Source of the DNA: Rotaria sp.
Taxonomy: Eukaryota
Length of the DNA stretch: 7,768 bases
Reading direction: 5' to 3'
NCBI GenBank assembly: GCA_905330805.1
Contig: CAJNWK010000300.1
Coordinates: forward strand, 38,176-45,943
The translations under genes were made by a program, and so were the position numbers. Of this stretch, positions 1 through 6,688 are shown one piece after another (the first letter of the stretch is position 1; the number at the start of each line of letters is the position of its first letter). The notes below the pieces were generated by a model that was not told the DNA's origin, did no database searches, and saw nothing but the letters and a program-made list of their open reading frames with translations.

Positions 1-210
1 AAAGAAAAAAACACGTTGTCTTCTGTTTCGAACACTCATCTGTCTGTCTAGCTTGCACATCAGCATGACATTCGCTCAAAGAAAAATCAACAGTGACTCA
101 CTACCTAGTTACTTGAGAAGAAAAAACTAATGCCGTCTTTCTCTCACGTTTTTTTATGTACAACTAATAGGTTTTTTCCATTGTAAAGAACAATTTGCGA
201 TACTTGGAAG

Positions 211-612
211 AGGATGTGGGTGTGAATGTGCTTGTGCATGAGGGTAAGATACCTGTCTCCATCCTCACTTATAGAAGAAGCCACAGCCACACTTCCACAC
301 CCACACCCTCAATTTCAGGAAAAAAGGTGATTTGAAAACTAATTGTAAAAACTAATTGTGTTTAAAATATCAATATCTAATTGATTTCTTCAGAAATATA
401 CATAATGTGAAAAAAAGTAATTTAGATTTGAATGTAGTAGAATATTCTTTTAAGAGGATGATGTATTATATAACAAGAATATCGAAGAACAATAATACTC
501 TGCATCATTTTGTTGTCTTGTTTTGTATCGATTGTATTTAGGGTGTGGGTGTGGGGTGGGGTGTGAAAAGAAGATCGATACCGATAGTGGCACCATACAC
601 CCACACCCATCG
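211..612. repeat. Cluster of four short GT-rich / CA-rich blocks in alternating orientation (GT 211-246, CA 281-310, GT 540-566, CA 590-612) sharing the core TGTGGGTGTG / CACACCCACA
   Basis: Read directly. TGTGGGTGTG occurs at 215-224 and 544-553, and its reverse complement CACACCCACA at 296-305 (9/10 at 597-606). 295-309 (ccacacccacaccct) is the perfect reverse complement of 540-554 (agggtgtgggtgtgg). 541-552 is the perfect reverse complement of 597-608, and 215-224 of 296-305. Confidence 0.75.
541..561 (+). other. Canonical G-quadruplex-forming motif GGGTGTGGGTGTGGGGTGGGG (four G3-4 tracts, loops TGT/TGT/T)
   Basis: G tracts at 541-543, 547-549, 553-556 and 558-561 with 1-3 nt loops fit the standard G3+N1-7 x4 pattern. 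Formation in vivo is not shown by sequence. Confidence 0.55.
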
Positions 613-742
613 AAAATTGTAAGTTCCTTCCAAAGCTGCTTTTCTCAGTGAGATGTTTCATTTGATATGAGATGGTAAGGATTCTGGTGAAAAAATCTCA
701 CGTGCCGATTTCTGACCTTATAACCCCCTCCTCCCTCATCCT

Positions 743-1186
743 TTATTGAAAAAACATGAAGTGAGAAAGTAATGGTATAAGCAACAATATTTTATGCGCT
801 GATCGCTTTATGTTAGATGCTGAAAAAATCGGTCCTGTCGACGTATCATTACGAATTAAATTGTATTCCATTAGTAGTTGAATAACGTTCTTATACGTGT
901 CTTTTCCATTGCATAATTCGTGACTACAAACATATTCCACTGAACTTTGTCGCACGTCTACTTTACCATTGAGATAATACGATGTTTCTTCTACGATTCC
1001 CAACTGTTTGCGAAATTGATCATCACTTTGCGACGAACATCCCTGATGTGTTTTATTTGCATAAACATTATCAATATATAAACTACACGACTTAATATTT
1101 TCACTACATGTAATACTTAGGCCATCTGCTGATAAACAACGGATAATATTTACACCTGAATGAAAAATATTAAAAGGAAAATGCAT
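743..1186 (-). CDS. Hypothetical small Cys-containing secreted/GPI-anchored-like protein with a Ly6/uPAR-like C-terminal motif (paralog 1); 5' end uncertain
   Basis: 147-aa ORF from the track with six Cys. The last two Cys sit in YVCSHELCNG, which resembles the CCxxxxCN end of Ly6/uPAR three-finger domains (human CD59 ...YYCCKKDLCNFNE, recalled from memory). N-x-T sequons NKT and NDT are present. The C-terminus has a GPI-signal layout: small residues S-A-S, a polar spacer NIKRSAHK, then hydrophobic ILLLIPLLSHFMFF. AATAAA on the minus strand (742-747) overlaps the TAA stop. The ATG at 1186 gives a poor signal peptide. A pyrimidine tract plus CAG at 1156-1180 (minus) could be a splice acceptor, which would start the exon at 1155. 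Only 6 Cys instead of the usual 8-10 weakens the Ly6 call. Confidence 0.45.
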   Translation of the reverse strand: MHFPFNIFHSGVNIIRCLSADGLSITCSENIKSCSLYIDNVYANKTHQGCSSQSDDQFRKQLGIVEETSYYLNGKVDVRQSSVEYVCSHELCNGKDTYKNVIQLLMEYNLIRNDTSTGPIFSASNIKRSAHKILLLIPLLSHFMFFQ

Positions 1187-1277
1187 GATTGAATGGAAAG
1201 AGTTTTTTTAATTTTTCGGATATGCACAAAACGCAAAGGCTATTAAATTGAATAAGAAAATGCAATGCGTGAAGCAT
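1170..1277 (-). other. 35-codon ORF encoding a signal-peptide-like leader (MLHALHFLIQFNSLCVLCISEKLKK...), offset by one base from the frame of the 743-1186 ORF
   Basis: My translation of the minus strand from the ATG at 1277-1275, ending at TAA 1172-1170. Removing one A from the A7 run (plus-strand T7 at 1203-1209) fuses it in frame to ...NSFHSIMHFPFNIFHSGVNIIRCLSADG... Confidence 0.3.
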
Positions 1278-1509
1278 AACAAGCGGTTAGCACGGTCACA
1301 ACTATTGACGTTAGCACCAATATGATCAAAAAGCGAACTCAACGTTTTACTTAGAACAACAACAAGTTAAGGACTATTTTAACAGTCTATAAATGAAATT
1401 AATTATGTGTAAAGTTTGTTTATAAAGGAGAAAAAAAGGCCTTTTAAGATACGTCACGGTTTTTGCTCGCATTTTCTAAGTTCGACGGATCTTATATTAC
1501 ATAATAACA

Positions 1510-1624
1510 AATGATCAAAAAGTTTTTTTGAGAAAATATTTGCGCCAGCTCCACTCACTTGCAAGCATTTCGTAAAAATAAAAAACTATGGATTAAAACC
1601 AGAATTTTGTTCACTTTCTGAATA
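1510..1624 (+). repeat. Copy A of an unclassified ~110-bp repeat (inverted partner at 2131-2243)
   Basis: Hand alignment to the reverse complement of 2131-2243 gives roughly 80% identity over ~105 aligned positions. Long shared blocks include tgcaagcatttcg, aaaaactat and aaccagaattttg. Confidence 0.65.
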
Positions 1625-2130
1625 TGCTCTCTGAACGTTTGGCTTACGGTTTTCTCTCTAGCAGTGAAAAAAGCTTTCGAAGGCTTGAAACAAATGTTAG
1701 AATGAAAAATTCTTTGATACATTTTTGTACTTTCATCATTAGGATCTGAAACTAAAAGTTGAAACCTTTATTAATACAACAGCGTGTAAAACACAATCTA
1801 TTCTGCAAAATGTACTATTTCCATCTTCTTTTTCTTCCAACAGAGCACGTCAAATTTCGTTTTCCAATTACCGTCATTTCGAAAAAAAAGTCAACTTTTT
1901 GTTTAAACCAATTTTATAAGCAATAAATGAACCTGAACGAAATGGTTATAGTTTCACTTAAGTAAAGTCTAGAGCTAAATTCGGTATCACCTATTGTAAA
2001 AGAAGGACCGCTTCATCAAAGTACTGAGTCCGACTATTTTCAGCATCTTCACGCAGAGATCTAGCGGTCAGCAAAAAAGTAAATGTTTGTCTTCGAAGCA
2101 TTTTTTCAAGCCTTTTAAGATCTTTCTTAC

Positions 2131-2243
2131 TATTCGAGTGAGCAAAATTCTGGTTCTAACCAATAGTTTTTAATCTTTTCGAAATGCTTGCATGTGAATG
2201 AAAAAGTAGTAAATACTTTCTAAACAAAACTTTCTGATCATTC
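2131..2243 (-). repeat. Copy B of the same repeat, in inverted orientation relative to 1510-1624
   Basis: As for copy A. A further segment (1645-1700 vs 2056-2118; tctagcRgtSAGcaaaaaag, cttYcgaag, ggcttgaaa) is shared in mosaic, partly direct orientation. Confidence 0.65.
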
Positions 2244-2474
2244 GTCAGTCACAATGAATCATCATATGATGTGCATGTTTTTCAACGAGGGGCAAAGGTT
2301 TTTTTAGGAAAATGGCTCAATATGATTTCCTAGAAAAATGATCAGGAGTGACTATAAATGCTTTGCTTTTCGTTTTCCAAAACGTAAGACTACTAAAAAC
2401 TCTGTCTGACTGAATCGCAAGAGAAAATCTTATTTTTATGACCATCAAAATTTGTATAAAGATCATTCACTTTG

Positions 2475-2511
2475 TTCTTTACCTTTTTCCTTTTAGTAAA
2501 AAGGTAAAGAA
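2475..2511. other. Perfect 14-bp stem / 9-nt loop hairpin (ttctttaccttttt ccttttagt aaaaaggtaaagaa)
   Basis: Every pair from 2475:2511 to 2488:2498 was checked and is Watson-Crick. The hairpin lies 16 nt 3' of the TAG stop (2528-2530) of the minus-strand gene. Confidence 0.7.
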
Positions 2512-2527
2512 AGATTTAGGAGAGCTA

Positions 2528-3070
2528 CTAAATCCTTTGCCAAAGGTTCAGAAAAAATGAAACTATAGAGAACGAGTTTTCAACACTAATTGCGTTCTCC
2601 TTTAAATTATTGTCTGCACCTGAGCCTGCTGTGAACAACGCAGAGGACAGTTTCTGTTGAAATTGATTAAAATTCGTTGTTAATTTACGCATTTGCAACA
2701 CTTTCGTTTTGGCATATTCAAAGTCACATAAATCGCCATGATAACATTTATGTTTTGCTACCGTCCATTGAATATTATACTTTTCATGCCACATTTCTGT
2801 CTCTTGTGATATATAGTAGTCATCTGACGTGACACTACTACCGTTTACACTTTGTTCACCAAATGTAATTTTGATTAATTTTGCTCCATAATCAAAACTA
2901 ATATGTGAATAACACTCAACATTCTGATATGTTTTGTTTCACGTAGATGGCAGTGTATCGAACGTTTCATTGAACGTCAGAAACATTATACAATACTGGA
3001 CACATTGATATTGAACAGTTATAGGAAGTAATATTAGGAAGCAAATATAAATGAGTGTAATGCTAGTCAT
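2528..3070 (-). pseudogene. Paralog 2 of the small secreted/GPI-like Cys protein: one 180-codon reading frame interrupted by a single in-frame TGA (2939-2941)
   Basis: Minus-strand translation from the ATG at 3070 gives MTSITLIYICFLILLPITVQYQCVQYCIMFLTFNETFDTLPST, a clear signal peptide with the hydrophobic core LIYICFLILLPI. A TGA follows, then the same frame continues for 136 codons: NKTYQNVECYSH...KHKCYHGDLCDFEY...TAGSGADNNLKENAISVENSFSIVSFFLNLWQRI*. The track ORF 2528-2794 is its 3' part. Sequons are NET, NKT and NGS. DLCDFE resembles the DLCNFNE end of CD59. It could instead be an intact gene if the TGA is an assembly error or is recoded. Confidence 0.4.
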
Positions 3071-5088
3071 TTGTTGCTAAAGTAGGAGAATAACTTTGTC
3101 TACCTTTTCTCTATGTCTTATTTAACTGTTGTGGCCTTTTCTTCGTTACTGTTCTTATCTTAGATAAACAAAGGCGTTGATAAATAGAGAGTATTAATTG
3201 TGAGAAACATGCAGTGAGATAAAGCATTTCTTATCTTCATACCTTCTTGATTTTATGCACAATACAGGTGTTATGTAGATTTTACATAGAGTTCGACTGC
3301 TAATAGCATTAGTCTCCATTTTTCCGATAAAAATCCCTGGACTAACTGCAGTATAGTAATTAGTTTCTACCATCATCAGTAACTTACCTTATTCTGCAGA
3401 CAACAATGACTATAGAGAGATAGCGGAGAATATTTTTCCTTGTCTAGAGACTGTATATGTATTATCATCCAAGTTTTTATTGGAGCGATTTACGAACGCG
3501 CAACTTTCCCACAGACAAATTTTATCCCCTCCTTCTACAGGGAAATTATAGCATAGGTGTATACTGTTCACTAAGCGAGAGACTCTATATTTAGCTGTTG
3601 AAATAGTCTTTTATATTATTGATATTGTATGAGATGATGAATGAAAAACTAAGGTGAAATTGGATTCAGATTCTAATTATATCCTGTTGAATTTGCCTGA
3701 ATAATGATTCTAGAGTCAACCCTCTTGCTACAAGTCTACCTCGATGTGTTCTATCGACTGGCGTTTGTCGCTTCTCTAATAGCTTAAATGGTATCCGAGA
3801 AAAACTCAAAACATTGGGTTTTTCCTTCCAAGTGTTTAGAAGGTTATGGTCTTCTGCGAAGTATTTTCATTGTATTCTTTTTCTTCAAAGGAATCATGAA
3901 TGGATTTTAACTACTGGTTCCGCTTTTCTAGATCACAACGCATTATAAATAATTCGACCTGACTCGTTCCACGCAGTTAACACTGTGTAACGTCTCGTCG
4001 TCACATTATTCTCTAGTAAGAAATGTATTGCTTGAACGAGTCCGTACGACCTCTAAATCATGGATCTGCTGATATTAGACAAGTGTGTGCTAAAATAACG
4101 TCTCTGTCACTATCAACAGTAAATAGTTGCATAGACGGATCTAAAACTTTCTTCATATCTGTGGCGTAATCATGAGAATCGTGCCTTTGGTCAGATAAAT
4201 GTGTTTTGTGAAGACAAGGATACTTATCCGTACACAGCTGTACAAAAGACACTTAGCTCTTAAGAAATTTGCAAAAATTGAAAAGGCTGAAATTAATAGT
4301 AAAGAAGAATTCTTTTCGTAAGAGAAGGTGTTCGACGGGAGTGAACACGATGTTTGGCGATAACTAATCGTTTCATTGTCAAAAGACTCAAATTCGTGTA
4401 TAACACGAATACTATTGGTCGTTTATAGGAGTCATTGCACGAGAGTCACGACCAACCTTGCTCAATGTCGCATGTTGAAAGTCTTATTTTCAATGCCATC
4501 AAACTACTTTAATTTCATGTGAGCTTGTCATTTTGAATATTTTTATAGAAAAATAATACACTGGTACACAATGTGACAAATAAAACAAATTGATATTTGA
4601 TATGCATAAATGAAACGATAAAATGAAGAGTTATATGAAAAACTGTCTTCATTGTTTTTCGGTGAATCCAATGTCTATTTCGATGTAGATTCTATTTGGG
4701 TGTGAGTATTTTTTCAAGCAATAAACAATTCCACACTCACACCAACATTTGTCTCACAATAAACAATTTAAAGCTTTTTTTCATGAAGAAAAATTTGTTT
4801 ATACAGTTCGAATCATCGTCAAAAGTAAAGCATTACTTGGTATAGAGTGAGAAGCACTTTTTCGAAAGCTTTCGATGATTCAATGTGTAAAACAGTCCTG
4901 ATGTCAGTTTTCGTTGCTTACAAAATCTATGATCATTTTTATATTCTCATTGTCTTGTAGTTTCTAACTTTGATGTACTTGTCTTGGTGAAATTTGTTTA
5001 TGAGGAACATGTTTGGAGCTATTTGTCTTAAATTAGTAGTTATATCATTTTCAAATCAATCTAAGCAAAAGAACGAAAGTAACCAAAC

Positions 5089-5095
5089 AAAAAAA
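5089..5095 (-). terminator. Oligo-T (T7 on the minus strand) Pol III terminator of tRNA-His
   Basis: The minus strand reads ...CAATGGCA|CTC TTTTTTT G, so the T7 run starts 4 nt after the tRNA 3' end. Confidence 0.6.
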
Positions 5096-5098
5096 GAG

Positions 5099-5169
5099 TG
5101 CCATTGAGCGGAGTTGAACCGCTTACGCCCGGACCACAACCGGAAGTGATACCGTTTCACCACAACGGC
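5099..5169 (-). tRNA. tRNA-His, anticodon GTG
   Basis: 71 nt: GCCGTTG TG GTGA AACGGTA TCAC T TCCGG TTGTGGT CCGGG CGTA AGCGG TTCAACT CCGCT CAATGGC A. The 7-bp acceptor stem has one G-T pair, the D stem is 4 bp, the anticodon stem is 5 bp and the T stem is 5 bp fully Watson-Crick. T8, A14, GG in the D loop, T33, T54-T55-C56 and C61 are present. The anticodon-loop centre is GTG and the discriminator is A73. A G is also encoded at -1 (5170). Confidence 0.85.
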
Positions 5170-6108
5170 CTTGCAACATGGAATGAGAGGACTTCAACTG
5201 ATGTTTGATCAAAAAGGAAAGTAAAACATACGATTTCTATTAAGTGAAATACTCCAAATTTCTAACACAGATTAACGTTTTCAGTATTTTAATTTTGGGC
5301 TCATTATTTTTGGGTTCATCTCAAAGCTTTTAAAAACCTTTTATCGATATTATGTCGTCTATGTAAATCGATAAAAAATATTTTCAACATTCACAAAAAA
5401 TGATTCAATTATGTGCAGTATCAAAGCCAAGCAACCAGATCACATTTCAACTATTAACTTTAGTTAAACGCGTCATCTTGAGTTCTCAAGGTTATCCAAT
5501 GGTCGAATTGAGTCAAGTTGCCCATTTAGACCATTCTAAGAACATTTGAGCAAAAGTCAAATTGAGCAGAAAGATTTTCAATTTGAATCAAGTTTCAAAA
5601 GTTATGAAGAGATATAAGGCCCAATGTTGTCAAAATAACAAGTTTTAACCGATACTTTCTACTTGCTATAACGTACAGCAGGATACAAGAGATACTGGAA
5701 AAGTTTTTAGTAGTGTATGCTATTCGCCTTTTTCTTGTAATAGAACAGAGTAAGTTTTATCTGGTGTAAATTTCGTTTTATTTAAAGTCATATCTTTATG
5801 TTGATGAACTTTGTCAAATAAAATGTAATCCCGGATCGTCATTGTTGAATGCATTCTTCGAATCCATCCAGGAGCTGCTCCCATTTCTTTTTTTTTTTGA
5901 ATGAAGTCATCCAGATAAAATTATAAAATACTATCATCAGAGGGAATAAGTGAGGTAATCACATGACACACGTTTACGTTCTTTTTTTTTTGCAACGCTG
6001 AGTCATCTTTCGATACGAAAAAAACACAATCATGTATATGATGCAATTACTTTTCCGGGCACTCTTTGTAGAAACTATTTCATAATTGTTTTTCGATAAA
6101 CAAATAAG

Positions 6109-6117
6109 AAAAAAAAA
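6109..6117 (-). terminator. Oligo-T (T9 on the minus strand) Pol III terminator of tRNA-Asn
   Basis: The minus strand reads ...CAACAGCT|GTAACCTTTC TTTTTTTTT, so the T9 run begins 11 nt after the tRNA 3' end. Confidence 0.6.
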
Positions 6118-6127
6118 GAAAGGTTAC

Positions 6128-6200
6128 AGCTGTTGAATGGGTTCGAACCATCTGTCTTCCGGTTAACAGCCGGATGCGTTTCCACTTACGCCACAAGAGC
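6128..6200 (-). tRNA. tRNA-Asn, anticodon GTT
   Basis: 73 nt: GCTCTTG TG GCGT AAGTGGAA ACGC A TCCGG CTGTTAA CCGGA AGACA GATGG TTCGAAC CCATT CAACAGC T. The D and anticodon stems are fully Watson-Crick and the T stem has one G-T pair. The A-box-like TGGCGTAAGTGG and B-box GGTTCGAACCC are canonical. Positions 34-36 are GTT. There is a single C-C mismatch at acceptor pair 4:69. Confidence 0.8.
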
Positions 6201-6223
6201 ACGATGGAATAATATTTTATATC

Positions 6224-6688
6224 TTAGAAAAATCTTATTAGTGATGTGGCCAAACTTTTACATTGAGAGTGACAATTAGAGGTTTTATTTGGCATTTCAT
6301 CAAATAGTACATGATTAAAACAAAAGAACAATTTTGCTCGAATAGTCCCTTTTTTTACTGCACCAGAGACAATAAGCAGGAACGACTCGCCCACAGACTG
6401 AAAGTCGGTAAAAAATTGACAAATTTCCTTATAATAAAAGACTTGGGTGTAATGCATGCGTGTTCCTATTTGAATAAGCATGATAGCATACTCAAGGCTC
6501 ATCTCAACTTCAATATTGAACCATACATATAAATTTATTTCTGGCAATACTGAGTTTTTCTGAATGGTCGGCGTGCTCTTTATGATGACAAAAGACGAAT
6601 TAGTAGGTGCCCAAGACAATATCGACACTAAATGCATCAAATAAGATAGATAAATAATTGATTTTAATTTAAATAATTTCATAAACAT
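6224..6688 (-). CDS. Hypothetical ORF (154 aa), longest in the window; coding status doubtful
   Basis: From the ORF track. The N-terminus is signal-peptide-like (IIYLSYLMHLVSILSWA), but its first ~20 codons are encoded inside the AT-rich tandem repeat. I recognise no domain. The stop lies 23 nt upstream of the tRNA-Asn 5' end on the same strand. An ORF of this length is only mildly unexpected at this composition. Confidence 0.15.
   Translation of the reverse strand: MFMKLFKLKSIIYLSYLMHLVSILSWAPTNSSFVIIKSTPTIQKNSVLPEINLYVWFNIEVEMSLEYAIMLIQIGTRMHYTQVFYYKEICQFFTDFQSVGESFLLIVSGAVKKGTIRAKLFFCFNHVLFDEMPNKTSNCHSQCKSLATSLIRFF

Noticed and set aside
211-612. Resemblance of GGGTGTGGGTGTGG to budding-yeast TG1-3 telomeric repeats
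   Set aside because: The blocks are short (under 35 nt), internal, and occur in both orientations. The tRNA sequences and gene density are also incompatible with a Saccharomyces chromosome end, so this is not a telomere.
356-661. Track ORFs 356..541 (+) and 422..661 (-)
   Set aside because: They lie in the very AT-rich spacer and run across the GT/CA blocks. The minus ORF translates the repeat itself as GVGVW...HTPPHTHT. The sequence is low complexity with no domain-like features, so they are most likely non-coding.
3194-3376. Track ORF 3194..3376 (-), plus a consensus donor-like AAG|GTAAGT (3382-3390, minus) preceded by ...ttgtctgcag, giving a hypothetical 6-nt micro-exon at 3388-3393
   Set aside because: A 7-mer donor consensus is expected about once by chance in a window this size. 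The ORF has no recognisable features. A micro-exon gene would need transcript evidence.
4058-4252. ORF 4058..4252 (-; it actually opens with GTG right after a TAA) as a third paralog of the Cys-protein family. It shares aaaacacat (KTH), identical KTH-to-Cys spacing (40 residues) and CLISAD vs CLSAD
   Set aside because: A residue-by-residue alignment over those 40 positions gives only about 5-6 identities, which is the random level. No signal peptide, C-x4-5-C-[ND] motif or hydrophobic tail follows. I treat it as coincidence, or at best a heavily decayed relic.
4391-4409. Small perfect palindrome attcgtgt-ata-acacgaat, plus a partial resemblance of caaattcgtg to a U6 snRNA segment
   Set aside because: An 8-bp stem is within chance expectation. 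No other U6 sequence (for example the gatacagaga box) is present.
5720-5884. 54-aa minus-strand ORF MGAAPGWIRRMHSTMTIRDYILFDKV... in a locally GC-richer patch, directly after an A11 run
   Set aside because: It is short, below the track threshold. I recognise no domain. MGAAPG lacks the Ser/Thr at position 6 typical of myristoylation sites. I cannot support it as coding without transcript or homology data.
5888-5991. T11 (5888-5898) and T10 (5982-5991) runs, considered as plus-strand Pol III terminators or minus-strand poly-A tails of retroposed SINE-like copies. A CTGATGA (minus, 5934-5940) was considered as a hammerhead ribozyme core
   Set aside because: No tRNA-like or A/B-box gene lies upstream on the plus strand; cTTCGAATCC at 5858-5867 has no flanking T-stem. 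There are no target-site duplications. The CTGATGA has no stem II or suitably placed GAAA.
6311-6532. Track ORF 6311..6532 (+)
   Set aside because: It is antisense to the longer 6224..6688 ORF and has no recognisable motif. It is most likely a by-product of a locally stop-poor sequence.
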